Assembly: GCA_965249555.1 (NCBI GenBank)
Contig: OZ252243.1
Location: 1,280,001-1,344,000 of the forward strand
Reading direction: 5' to 3'
Source: Nitrosopumilus sp.
GTDB lineage: Archaea; Thermoproteota; Nitrososphaeria; Nitrososphaerales; Nitrosopumilaceae
Length of the DNA stretch: 64,000 nt
Part shown: piece by piece, positions 1 through 9,414 of the stretch
Layout of the letters: the number at the start of each line of letters is the position of its first letter
How positions within the stretch are numbered: position 1 is the stretch's first letter
The notes under the pieces: model-generated
The model's input: only the letters and a program-made list of their open reading frames with translations
Told to the model about the DNA's origin: nothing
The model's database searches: none
Program-made: the position numbers and the translations under genes

Positions 1-16
1 GAATAATCTTAGTTGT

Positions 17-628
17 TTATGCTTCAAGTAATATTGTTTCTTTGTCTGCAGTTCTAATGAGTTTTACTTTCTCAAGACCTACATGTCTTACTCTGATAAC
101 TTTCTTGAATGCTGCCATGATGTCTGAATTTATTTTACTGTAACAAGTTGCTTGGACAAACTGATCTACTGTCATTTCTGGAACTGTCTTGTTAATTACG
201 TCTCTTGTAATTAATCTGAGAGCATGTTGTCTAGATGTGTTTAACTGTTTATGGGTTAGAGCAATTACTTTTACTCTAAAGATGTATCCATCTTTTGTTT
301 TGATATCCATAATAAAATTAATTTTTGATGAACCACGTCTAACTAAACTACGCAAAAATTCTTTTGAATACTCAAATCTCTTGAAAATCGTTGATGCTTT
401 ATCGCCATCAACCTTGTCAATCTGGAAATACATTTTATATTGGTGCTGTGAAGGATCCCCTTTTAGAATATCATAAAGTGTTACTTCTAAAACTCTGCCT
501 ACTGCATTTTCATCATCTGTAATTGGAACATAAGCAATTGGGACGACATTAAATGATTCTGGTGCAGTTACTGTAACCCAGCGTTTTTCTCTCCACTTGT
601 CTTTAGTACGACCTTTTCTACGTGCCAA
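17..628 (-). CDS. rps3ae: 30S ribosomal protein S3Ae (eS1)
   Basis: N-terminal KDKWREKRW motif, RSLVRRGSSKI, length 203 aa; last gene of the conserved rps15-DHH-pcc1-serS-rps3ae string. Confidence 0.95.
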   Translation of the reverse strand: MARRKGRTKDKWREKRWVTVTAPESFNVVPIAYVPITDDENAVGRVLEVTLYDILKGDPSQHQYKMYFQIDKVDGDKASTIFKRFEYSKEFLRSLVRRGSSKINFIMDIKTKDGYIFRVKVIALTHKQLNTSRQHALRLITRDVINKTVPEMTVDQFVQATCYSKINSDIMAAFKKVIRVRHVGLEKVKLIRTADKETILLEA

Positions 629-668
629 TTATTATCGACCTTTAAATCCAAAATATAAGGGTATGTTA

Positions 669-1934
669 CTAGATCTCTTTCTGATTTCCCATGTAACTCT
701 GTAAAACTTGAGGAATTCTAATGTGTCCATCCTTTGTTTGAAAGTTCTCCATTATGGATACTAGAACTCTAGTTGTAGCAACAAGAGTGCTGTTAAGTGT
801 GTGTACGTATTGTGTATCTTCATTTGTTTTATCCCTAAATCTGGTCTTCAATCTCCTTGCTTGATAGTCTAAACAGTTTGAGCAAGAAACAATTTCTCTA
901 TAGGCATTTTGTCCTGCCATCCATGCTTCAATATCATAAGTCTTTGCTGAAACTTTTCCCATATCTCCAGTTGATAGCAGCATTACTTTGTGTGGAATCT
1001 CTAATTTCTGATAAAATTCTTCAACAAGTGTTAGCATTTTTTCATGCTCATTCCAAGAATCTTCTGGTCTAGAAAATACAAATTGTTCAATTTTGTCAAA
1101 TTGATGTACTCTGAAAATTCCTTTCTGATCTCTTCCATGTGCCCCTGCTTCTTTTCTAAAACATGGACTGACACCTGCGTATCTTATGGGCAGATCTTTT
1201 CCCTCAATGATTTCTTTTGAGTGCATTGCTGCCATAGCATGCTCGGATGTTCCAATCATGTATAGATCCTCTTCTTCAACCTTGTAGATTACATCTTCAA
1301 AATCCTTAGCAATCACTGCACCCTCCATTGATTCTCGATTAATCATGTATGGTGGTTGAATCAGAGAATATTCTTTTTTTGCAAGAAAATCTAATGCATA
1401 GTGAATTAGTGATTGGTTTAATCTTACTAGATCATTTTTTAGATAATAGAATCTGGCTCCTGCAACTTTTGCTGCTCTTTCCAAGTCTACCAAATCTAAA
1501 TTCTCAGAAATATCAATATGGTCACTTATTTTAAAATCAAAATTTGGGATACTTCCCCATTTTCTTATCTCTTTGTTAGCACTCTCATCTACCCCAATTG
1601 GAACTGATTTATCAACGAGATTTGGAATTGTCAATGCCAATTTTGAATATGTGTTTTCGATACTTTCCTGCTCTGATTCTAATTTTGCAAGTTCAACTGA
1701 GACGTTTTTCATCTCAACTAGAATTGATGATGCATCTTTACCCTCCTTCTTTTTTTGTGAAATCTCTAAAGCTACTTGATTTTTCTTTTTTCTTAATTCA
1801 TCAGTTTTAATTATAAAATCACGCCTTTTTTGATCAAATTCTATTAGTGCATCTAAATCAAAATCCACATTCCTTACTTTGAGCATGTCTCGAATAATCT
1901 GTGATTTTTCTTTGATTAATTTAGGATCTAACAT
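669..1934 (-). CDS. serS: seryl-tRNA synthetase
   Basis: MLDPKLI start, N-terminal coiled coil, GTSEH, FRKEAG..GIFRVHQF (motif 2), EIVSCSNC, HTLNST. Confidence 0.97.
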   Translation of the reverse strand: MLDPKLIKEKSQIIRDMLKVRNVDFDLDALIEFDQKRRDFIIKTDELRKKKNQVALEISQKKKEGKDASSILVEMKNVSVELAKLESEQESIENTYSKLALTIPNLVDKSVPIGVDESANKEIRKWGSIPNFDFKISDHIDISENLDLVDLERAAKVAGARFYYLKNDLVRLNQSLIHYALDFLAKKEYSLIQPPYMINRESMEGAVIAKDFEDVIYKVEEEDLYMIGTSEHAMAAMHSKEIIEGKDLPIRYAGVSPCFRKEAGAHGRDQKGIFRVHQFDKIEQFVFSRPEDSWNEHEKMLTLVEEFYQKLEIPHKVMLLSTGDMGKVSAKTYDIEAWMAGQNAYREIVSCSNCLDYQARRLKTRFRDKTNEDTQYVHTLNSTLVATTRVLVSIMENFQTKDGHIRIPQVLQSYMGNQKEI

Positions 1935-2176
1935 TATTCAATCACCTTTAGTGCAACCTGGACATGCTCTAATACTTCATCAATCGTTCCAATAAGCTGC
2001 TTCATGCTATCCTTACTTTCAAAATTAAAAACTAGTTTGTTATCAATATTTTCAACATAAAGACTCAATCCTTCTGGAAAATTTACATTATCAGGTTCTA
2101 ATGCTTTTTTGACAGTTTCTGCCTTTTCTTTTGATATGTTATTGAGAACTACCTGAACTTGACACGTTAATGACAT
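1934..2176 (-). CDS. pcc1: KEOPS complex subunit Pcc1
   Basis: 80 aa, ALEPDN motif, conserved archaeal position between the DHH gene and rps3ae. Confidence 0.75.
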   Translation of the reverse strand: MSLTCQVQVVLNNISKEKAETVKKALEPDNVNFPEGLSLYVENIDNKLVFNFESKDSMKQLIGTIDEVLEHVQVALKVIE

Positions 2177-3560
2177 TTACTTCCAAATACTTTAGAAATT
2201 CATCCAATTTGTCTTTAGTTATTTTTGCTCCTGCGGCTGCATTGTGACCTCCTCCAATACCATCAAATTTCTCAGCACCTGTTCTCATTAATTCACTAAG
2301 ATTTATGTCAGATTTGCAACTATAGGACTTTCTTGATGAAAACTTTATAGTATTTTCTTCAGCCTTGGTTCTCAAAATTACAATTTTCCCAGCATTTTTT
2401 GGAGATCCTGCAATTAATGATGAGATGGTTCCAGTCATTGTTTCTGGTACTATACCTTCACCATTCACCATAACACAAGTTTCACTTTCTGAAATTCTCC
2501 ATCTTTCATTTGATAAAATATTCATGTATTCTCTAATTTTCTTTCTATATTCTGTCAGAATGGTTTCCCCTTCTCTTAGAATCTTATTTCTATCTCCCAT
2601 GCATATTGCCATTCCAACACCTGAATGATTAATTCTTCCACATGAGTTTAGCATAGTTGAAAATTCCCTCCCATCTCGCAAGAAGCTTCGCTTGTCCTCT
2701 CTTGGAAATGTATAGGTATAACCAATTAATTCTGACATGATTTCAGTAGCATTTTTTCCAGAAGTAAATTTAGTAATTGATTCAATTACTAGTCTTTTTT
2801 CTTCTTCATTTAGTTCTGCTGGAACTCTCCATCTTCCTTCGTCCTTTAACTGAATTCCTGATGAATTTAGAAGAGAAAGACATGCATCTCTATTCCATGT
2901 TAAACCTTCGATAAATGGTTGTGAAGTAAATGCCAAAGCATCAGGAAGTGGCCTTGTTTCTCTTCCTACTAGTAATAAATCCAAATCAATATCTACCAAA
3001 CCCTGTTCTTTGGCAGTATTAGCAATCTCAAAATTCTTACCTGTAAATGACTTTCTCTCTCCTTGGTCTTGTCTGTCCCCTAGTGCAGAAACAACTGCAA
3101 TGGCAGACAAATCTGAATTTTTCTCATCAAGTGCCATTGATGCAAGATATGCCATGCCACCTGCACAAATCTCAACTCCTCCATCAATTCCATATTTCCA
3201 AGCATTGATGACGTTTTGATCATCCAACTCTTCTTCTGGAATCTGGTGATGATCTAAAACCATCCAATTATCTCCTAGGGATTCATTTAGATCCTTTGCA
3301 AAACCTCCTCCCAAATCTGTCACTATGTGAAAATCTCGAGAATCTGTTTTGAAAGACTCTGCTACTTTTTTATTAAATTCTTTTGATGTTCTAACCGTAC
3401 ATTTGGCACCTGCTCTGATTAGAGCTTTGGTAATAATACTTCCAGATGTAAGTCCATCACAATCAATATGGGTTGTGACAAAAATTGACTTTTTAGACTT
3501 TATACAATCTGTAACTTTATCTTTGAAAAATGAAAGTGACTCATCAAGTGATTTTGTCAT
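2139..3560 (-). CDS. DHH/DHHA1 phosphoesterase (RecJ-like)
   Basis: HIDCDG, TDLG, LDHH and GGGHNAAAG motifs. Confidence 0.92.
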   Translation of the reverse strand: MTKSLDESLSFFKDKVTDCIKSKKSIFVTTHIDCDGLTSGSIITKALIRAGAKCTVRTSKEFNKKVAESFKTDSRDFHIVTDLGGGFAKDLNESLGDNWMVLDHHQIPEEELDDQNVINAWKYGIDGGVEICAGGMAYLASMALDEKNSDLSAIAVVSALGDRQDQGERKSFTGKNFEIANTAKEQGLVDIDLDLLLVGRETRPLPDALAFTSQPFIEGLTWNRDACLSLLNSSGIQLKDEGRWRVPAELNEEEKRLVIESITKFTSGKNATEIMSELIGYTYTFPREDKRSFLRDGREFSTMLNSCGRINHSGVGMAICMGDRNKILREGETILTEYRKKIREYMNILSNERWRISESETCVMVNGEGIVPETMTGTISSLIAGSPKNAGKIVILRTKAEENTIKFSSRKSYSCKSDINLSELMRTGAEKFDGIGGGHNAAAGAKITKDKLDEFLKYLEVNVINVSSSGSSQ

Positions 3561-4009
3561 TACTCTAGTTGAGCAACCACGGATTTATACTTCCAGATTT
3601 TAGGAATTCTTTCTATTCTTTTGTAGTAAACAGATAATCTGTGAACTTTGGCTTCAATTAATTCCAAAGATCTAACATTTCTATTATCTCCCTTGTTTAC
3701 TTTGAGGTGCTTTTGAAGACCTACTGCTTTTTTGACAATATTTTCAAGATCTTCTGGCATCTCTGCTTTCAAATCATTTTCTTCTAGAATCTCACCAATG
3801 CTTTTTTTGGTAATTGGTTTGATTAGAGGAATTGAGTGCTGATCTCTTAATTTAATTCCAATTTGACTAGGAGTTAATCCCTCTTTTGTGTATTTTATAA
3901 CTAATTCTTCAATTTCTTTGGAACTAAGTGTTATCCAAGAAGGTACACGTAATGTTGTTGGTCTAATAGAATGTGATTTTCCATGTCTATGTGTGTGCAT
4001 TCGTCCCAT
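3560..4009 (-). CDS. rps15: 30S ribosomal protein S15 (uS15)
   Basis: MGRMHTHRHGKSHS start (ATG at 4009), PSQIGIKLRD, MPEDL, LIEAKVHRL. Confidence 0.95.
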   Translation of the reverse strand: MGRMHTHRHGKSHSIRPTTLRVPSWITLSSKEIEELVIKYTKEGLTPSQIGIKLRDQHSIPLIKPITKKSIGEILEENDLKAEMPEDLENIVKKAVGLQKHLKVNKGDNRNVRSLELIEAKVHRLSVYYKRIERIPKIWKYKSVVAQLE

Positions 4010-4134
4010 GATTCGGCTCATTTAAGAACAAAATTAAACGTTACTTATACTGATCTCGTACATTATATCAAAAATTGGAGTTCAGAATAAAAGTTAAATA
4101 TGTACTTGACTTCAAAACGAACAGGTAAATCGAT

Positions 4135-4467
4135 ATGAATACAAAAGTACTTTTCGCAGCAATGTTAGTTGCTGTATTCACCATGGGTTATTATGCAGAT
4201 AACACAGTAGCATTTGCACAATACATGGGTAACGTTGGTTCAGGTGGCGAAACTGGAACATACACACTAGAAGAAGCACTCGAACTACAACGTCGAAGAA
4301 TTGAATCTGCCGAAGCAAATCCAGGATCTGGTTCAGGAACTCCAGTTCTTAGCGCAGATGGTGTATTTGGAGCAGCAGCTATTTCAGCAGCAATCTTTGG
4401 TGGTATGGCAGGAGCCTTATTCCTTAGAGGAAGATCTGGCAAATACGCAGCAATGGGTAGAGGATAA
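4135..4467 (+). CDS. amoZ: probable ammonia monooxygenase accessory subunit AmoZ
   Basis: signal peptide (..AFA|Q), small soluble helical part, one C-terminal TM helix; position next to the amoY candidate and amoB matches the described AOA amoYZ synteny; assignment rests on architecture and synteny. Confidence 0.7.
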   Translation: MNTKVLFAAMLVAVFTMGYYADNTVAFAQYMGNVGSGGETGTYTLEEALELQRRRIESAEANPGSGSGTPVLSADGVFGAAAISAAIFGGMAGALFLRGRSGKYAAMGRG

Positions 4468-4573
4468 TCTCTCACTTTTCTCTTATTTTATTAGTCATCT
4501 TTAGTGAATACTGATCTCACACTTTGTGATTGTAAAAGAAATGTATATATCGCACAAATAGAGCCAAAATATT

Positions 4574-4843
4574 ATGATTCCTATCGTAGGTACTTTCCTA
4601 AGCATCCTGTCATCAATAACAGGACAACTAGGACCAAACTATGATCCATTATTCTATGATGTAATGATTTACATCTTCGGAACCATTATGTTCACAGTAT
4701 TCCTTCTTGGAGTTATCTCATTCTGGTTACGTGTACACGGCTGGGCTTACAAAGACAATCGTGAGAGATGGGTCGACGAGTTGGACAGACACTTTGAAAG
4801 AGAAGGTATTGGTCTGATTCCAGACAACGGCAAATACTGGTAA
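4574..4843 (+). CDS. amoY: probable ammonia monooxygenase accessory subunit AmoY
   Basis: small membrane protein within the amo cluster, own TATA (4543-4549) and T-rich terminator; assignment rests on synteny. Confidence 0.7.
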   Translation: MIPIVGTFLSILSSITGQLGPNYDPLFYDVMIYIFGTIMFTVFLLGVISFWLRVHGWAYKDNRERWVDELDRHFEREGIGLIPDNGKYW

Positions 4844-4923
4844 AATCTCTTTTCTTCTTTTCATTATTTTTAAAATCCTTTAGTTGAATATTTTCTACTT
4901 TAATTTTTTGCAAAGTCTAAAAC

Positions 4924-5448
4924 TTAATTTTCTGGTGGAAGGAAATCACTGTCTTTGGATTCATCATATGCCTTTGATGTAAACACTCCTTTGTAGTGAT
5001 ATCCATCTTGTAATGGATGGTTGATGAAATGAGGTGATTCTTTATCATTAACATACATAGTTGACTTACTCTGATCCATATCTCTCAGTGGAAAATCCCA
5101 CATCCACAAAAAGTGACCTATCTGAAATGGATATTCTTCTTCCCATTCTGCATAAATCGTTCCATCATCAGATAACGTATACATGGTTCTATGACATTCT
5201 CCATCAGTTAATCCAATGTTAGCTGGAATGTCTGCTTTCTTACCATCAACTATCAGTTCTAGTGTTGCCGTGATTTTGTATGGAGTTTCCTTATCATTAA
5301 TGCAGACTTTGAGAGGATCATTTTGGCTAAATTGACCTTGAAGCAGACTGCTTCCTGCACCTACTGACATTGCAATAATCGCAGTTATTGCTAAAAACTT
5401 GAGTGTCTTCTTACGTTTTGCAGGATCACCCATTCCAGGCCAAATCAT
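4924..5448 (-). CDS. membrane-anchored hypothetical protein in the amo cluster
   Basis: N-terminal TM helix, IPANIG motif, two Cys; lies between amoY and amoB. Confidence 0.8.
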   Translation of the reverse strand: MIWPGMGDPAKRKKTLKFLAITAIIAMSVGAGSSLLQGQFSQNDPLKVCINDKETPYKITATLELIVDGKKADIPANIGLTDGECHRTMYTLSDDGTIYAEWEEEYPFQIGHFLWMWDFPLRDMDQSKSTMYVNDKESPHFINHPLQDGYHYKGVFTSKAYDESKDSDFLPPEN

Positions 5449-5554
5449 AGTGATGACTTTAGATGGATTCCTTAAAGTCCTTTCTTTTGTTCATATCTGA
5501 TATTGATTATGACTAATTGGTATTGATTTTCTTCAACAAAACATGATTTGATAA

Positions 5555-5576
5555 ATTATGATAATCATAATGATTA
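5555..5576. promoter_or_regulatory. overlapping inverted repeats (Fur-box-like), candidate operator
   Basis: ATTATGAT-A-ATCATAAT (8-1-8, 5555-5571) overlapping TAATCAT-A-ATGATTA (7-1-7, 5562-5576). Confidence 0.35.
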
Positions 5577-5603
5577 CTTAAATGAAAAGAAAAGGTTGGT
5601 TGG

Positions 5604-6173
5604 TTAAATTACTTGCCAGGGTCGTGTTGCAAACGTGATTACATATCCAACACCAATGATAATTGATTGGTATGCGATATTGGTATATGGAATTGGTTTG
5701 ATTATTGGATCTCCTTCAACGACAACTGTTTGACCTGGACCAAGTCCTGGACCTACTTGTGCTACATTGAGTTGGGTGTGTACGTGGTAAACACCTGCTT
5801 CAAGTGCTTTTGCAGATAGTGAATATTCAAGAACCGCGTTTCCTGAAATATCAAAGACATTTCCTGGTGGGTCTCTTGCCAACATCTCCCATCTGTTTCC
5901 AGCATTAGTAGATTCTGAGAAAATGGATAACCATCCTCTAAGGTCTCTTTCTACAAGACTGACTAGAGTTCCTTGAAGTGTCAAGGTTTCGCCAGTTTGG
6001 AGTGATTGTCTGTTAAAGGTTTCATCTTCAATTCTAATGAAACGACTCTGGAGTTGTGCTTGGACACCGTGTGCATCTGCAGTTGGAAGAATGGATTCAA
6101 CCCAGTTGAAACCTAATGTTCCTAGGGCAAGTACAACAGCTAGTCCAAATACGAGAATCTTTTTTTCGACCAT
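5604..6173 (-). CDS. amoB: ammonia monooxygenase subunit B
   Basis: signal peptide then AHGVQAQLQSRF, YHVHTQLN copper-site His motif, C-terminal TM ..ATRPWQVI. Confidence 0.97.
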   Translation of the reverse strand: MVEKKILVFGLAVVLALGTLGFNWVESILPTADAHGVQAQLQSRFIRIEDETFNRQSLQTGETLTLQGTLVSLVERDLRGWLSIFSESTNAGNRWEMLARDPPGNVFDISGNAVLEYSLSAKALEAGVYHVHTQLNVAQVGPGLGPGQTVVVEGDPIIKPIPYTNIAYQSIIIGVGYVITFATRPWQVI

Positions 6174-6429
6174 ATTTATCCCTAATATTCAGAAAGATAG
6201 TGCACGTCGTTATATGTTTTACCTTCATAACGAGGATCGATATCTAACAGTATGTTAATCATTGATGATTAACAACGAAAGTGGTAAAAAAATAGTAAAA
6301 TTATTTCTATTTTAAATTATTTAAAATTAAGTATTTTCAAAATTTTCCAAAGATTTTATAAATAATTTCACAAAAATACACTGCTTCCAAAACTCTTACT
6401 TTATATTCCGAATTTACATGATTAATACC

Positions 6430-6993
6430 ATGGCACAGATGCCCGCATTAATCCCAAAAGAAGTTGAGATCCAGAGACTAAAGAAAGTCTGGCTCATCGT
6501 TATTGCTATGGGATCTACTGCAGCATCAGTCGAAGTAGATAACTTCGTTGATGGTTCTCTACATCAGACTTCTATCAGAGATAGTGCATTTACTCCAGCA
6601 CACTGGTGGTTGTATTCCCACTTCATTACATTACCACTTGGATGGGGAGCAGCAGCAATCTATGATAGAAAAATACCAATTCTCAGAGGTCCAAATAATT
6701 CAATGAACACAGGTTTGAAGATGACCATCCTTGGTTACCTTGCAACTATGTTTACAATTGGAGTCAATGAGATGTGGCATTTCTGGTTTGTAGAAGAAAT
6801 ATTTTCGGTTCCAAATCACTGGATGTTTAACATGGGTGTAGTAGTTGCATTCATGGGTGCACTTGCATACGTAGTCAGAGTATATGCTCGACTCGTAGAA
6901 CTAGGTGCAGAGACTCCAGGTGAGAATCCGTATATTGCAGAGATGTACAAGATGGCCTTAGAAGGCAAATTGTACAGCAGATCAATTCCATAG
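6430..6993 (+). CDS. amoC: ammonia monooxygenase subunit C
   Basis: MAQMPALIPKEVEIQRLKK start, DGSLHQT..RDSAFTPAH, NEMWHFWFVEE. Confidence 0.97.
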   Translation: MAQMPALIPKEVEIQRLKKVWLIVIAMGSTAASVEVDNFVDGSLHQTSIRDSAFTPAHWWLYSHFITLPLGWGAAAIYDRKIPILRGPNNSMNTGLKMTILGYLATMFTIGVNEMWHFWFVEEIFSVPNHWMFNMGVVVAFMGALAYVVRVYARLVELGAETPGENPYIAEMYKMALEGKLYSRSIP

Positions 6994-6995
6994 AC

Positions 6996-7034
6996 AAAAA
7001 GTGCAATAGCACACTTTTTTCTCTTTTATTATTT
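6996..7034 (+). terminator. amoC terminator (hairpin plus oligo-T)
   Basis: GTGC-AATA-GCAC hairpin followed by TTTTTTCTCTTTT right after the stop codon. Confidence 0.55.
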
Positions 7035-7111
7035 TGAATCTAATTTGGATCGTTTTAGAACCTGCAGCCTAAGAAAGATTTAAAAGGATTCTGCATTAGA
7101 ATAAATCCATA

Positions 7112-7474
7112 ATGACTCTTCCTAAAGGATTCGGTTCTGGCGGCGCTGGTGGAGCATCAAGTGCTGATGTAGAACAAATGATTGGACGACGTGTCGAAAA
7201 CATGACCGGTATGATTACTATTTCATTCTGGGCAGCAATATTGGCAACAGCAGCTGGAACAGCAGCAGGATATTTCTATTATCCATGGGCATATCCAACA
7301 GCAAGTGGTCACTTTGCATTTATCGTACTCGCAATCATTGAGGCAATAGGTTACATCTTCTGTGTTAAAGTCATGGAAGAAGGTTCCAACAAGAAAAGTA
7401 ATGGTATAGTTACTGCTAGTATAGGCGGTGCCGTTGTATTCGTACTCTTCGTATCACTATTCGTTGGTTGGTAA
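7112..7474 (+). CDS. amoX: ammonia monooxygenase subunit X
   Basis: 120-aa multi-TM protein between amoC and amoA (MIGRRVENMTG). Confidence 0.9.
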   Translation: MTLPKGFGSGGAGGASSADVEQMIGRRVENMTGMITISFWAAILATAAGTAAGYFYYPWAYPTASGHFAFIVLAIIEAIGYIFCVKVMEEGSNKKSNGIVTASIGGAVVFVLFVSLFVGW

Positions 7475-7585
7475 CTAGAAGGAAACCCCTTCAGTCACAT
7501 TTCTTTTTAATTTTCAATTAAAATAGATATATCGATCTGAATTATACTCAATAATTTTATATACTGACCCCTTATTCTACAGGAT

Positions 7586-8236
7586 ATGGTCTGGTTAAGA
7601 CGATGTACACACTACTTATTCATAGTAGTAGTTGCAGTTAACTCTACACTGTTAACAATTAATGCAGGAGACTACATTTTCTATACCGATTGGGCTTGGA
7701 CTTCATTTACGGTATTTTCAATATCGCAAACGTTGATGCTTGTAGTAGGTGCATGTTATTACCTAACGTTTACAGGTGTTCCAGGTACAGCGACGTACTA
7801 CGCTCTAATTATGACAGTATACACATGGATAGCAAAAGGTGCATGGTTTTCCCTTGGATATCCATATGACTTCATTGTAACTCCAGTTTGGCTACCATCA
7901 GCAATGCTGTTGGACTTGGTTTACTGGGCAACAAAGAAGAACAAGCACTCCTTGATACTGTTTGGCGGCGTACTGGTAGGAATGTCATTACCGTTGTTTA
8001 ACATGGTAAACCTGATAACAGTAGCAGACCCGCTTGAAACGGCGTTCAAATATCCGAGACCAACATTACCACCATACATGACACCGATAGAACCGCAGGT
8101 AGGAAAGTTCTATAACAGTCCAGTAGCGCTGGGTGCCGGTGCCGGTGCAGTATTGTCAGTCACGATGGCTGCGTTGGGTGTTAAACTTAACACTTGGACG
8201 TACCGATGGATGGCCGCTTGGTCAAAGTGGGACTAA
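7586..8236 (+). CDS. amoA: ammonia monooxygenase subunit A
   Basis: MVWLRRCTHYLF..INAGDYIFYTDWAW..WSKWD, 216 aa, typical archaeal AmoA. Confidence 0.99.
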   Translation: MVWLRRCTHYLFIVVVAVNSTLLTINAGDYIFYTDWAWTSFTVFSISQTLMLVVGACYYLTFTGVPGTATYYALIMTVYTWIAKGAWFSLGYPYDFIVTPVWLPSAMLLDLVYWATKKNKHSLILFGGVLVGMSLPLFNMVNLITVADPLETAFKYPRPTLPPYMTPIEPQVGKFYNSPVALGAGAGAVLSVTMAALGVKLNTWTYRWMAAWSKWD

Positions 8237-8424
8237 AAATCCAACCTTTTCATTTTATTATTTTCCCTTAGAGTATTCTAAGCTAAAATTATGATCTCAA
8301 TTTTTCCTAAATTTTAGAAATTTACAAAATTTGTATTTAAGCTATTGTGTGACTAGGAAAAAGTTAGTTCGGGATCAAATTATTTTATGTCTTTCAGTGA
8401 TAATGAATTTTGCAATAGTCATTA

Positions 8425-9285
8425 TTGAAACAGACCTATCGCCAAATTCTTGGAACTCCAAAACCATTTGTAAAATGGGCTGGAGGAAAACGTCAACTAA
8501 TTCCAATTCTTAATGAAAATTTACCTAATACATTTGGAACCTATTATGAGCCATTTCTGGGTGGTGGTGCATTACTGTTTCATATCCTAACTGAGCGAAA
8601 TGGGCAAAAATGTAACATCTCTGATCTAAACTCTGACTTGGTATTGGCCTATACTACTATTCGAGACAGAATTGATGAACTAATCAGTTCTCTAAAGAAT
8701 CATGAAAGAAACTATCAAAAAGATTCAAAGTCTTACTATTACTCTGTTCGAGATACTAACCCTAGAAGCGAAATTGAAAAGACATCGAGATTACTCTTTT
8801 TGAATAGGACTTGTTTTAATGGATTGTATCGCGTTAATAGCAAAGGAAGATTCAACGTACCTCTAGGAAAGTACACAAATCCCAATATTGTAAATGAGGA
8901 GAATCTTCGTTCTGTTAGTGATATTTTCCAATCAAGTAGAGTTTCAATAAAATGCCGTGATTTTGAGGCAGTTCTAAGAGATGCCAAAAAAGGAGATCTT
9001 GTATACTTTGATCCTCCATATCAGCCAGTTAGCCAAACTGCCAACTTTACTAGCTATACAAACAAGAATTTTACATTGGATGATCTGAGTAGACTATCAG
9101 AACTTTGTATGAAATTAGATTCAAAGGGATGTAATGTTCTTTTGTCAAATTCTGATTCTAAGCAAGTCGCAGATATGTTTGCAAAGAAACCCTGGAAAGT
9201 AAGAAAGATTCAGGCTAATCGATCAATTAACTCCAACTCTAAAAAGAGAACTGGGCACTTTGAGTTATTGATTAAAAATTATTAA
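8425..9285 (+). CDS. dam: Dam-family DNA adenine methyltransferase (D12 class)
   Basis: KWAGGK, EPFLGGG, FNGLYRVN, DPPY motifs; no adjacent endonuclease. Confidence 0.9.
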   Translation: MKQTYRQILGTPKPFVKWAGGKRQLIPILNENLPNTFGTYYEPFLGGGALLFHILTERNGQKCNISDLNSDLVLAYTTIRDRIDELISSLKNHERNYQKDSKSYYYSVRDTNPRSEIEKTSRLLFLNRTCFNGLYRVNSKGRFNVPLGKYTNPNIVNEENLRSVSDIFQSSRVSIKCRDFEAVLRDAKKGDLVYFDPPYQPVSQTANFTSYTNKNFTLDDLSRLSELCMKLDSKGCNVLLSNSDSKQVADMFAKKPWKVRKIQANRSINSNSKKRTGHFELLIKNY

Positions 9286-9286
9286 A

Positions 9287-9360
9287 AGCTTCGAACGGGA
9301 TCTGAACCCGTGACCTTTACATTACCAATGTAACGCTCTACCAGACTGAGCTACCGAAGC
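9287..9360 (-). tRNA. tRNA-Thr(GGT)
   Basis: reverse complement folds to a cloverleaf: GCTTCGG/TCGAAGC acceptor, anticodon arm TTACA-TTGGTAA-TGTAA, T-loop TTCAGAT. Confidence 0.95.
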
Positions 9361-9414
9361 ATGAATTTACCCTGTAGAAAATCCTTATAATTCTTCAGCC
9401 TTGTCTCAAACTCT

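Noticed and set aside
8425-9285. Type II restriction-modification system
   Set aside because: No endonuclease gene adjacent; flanked by amoA and a tRNA
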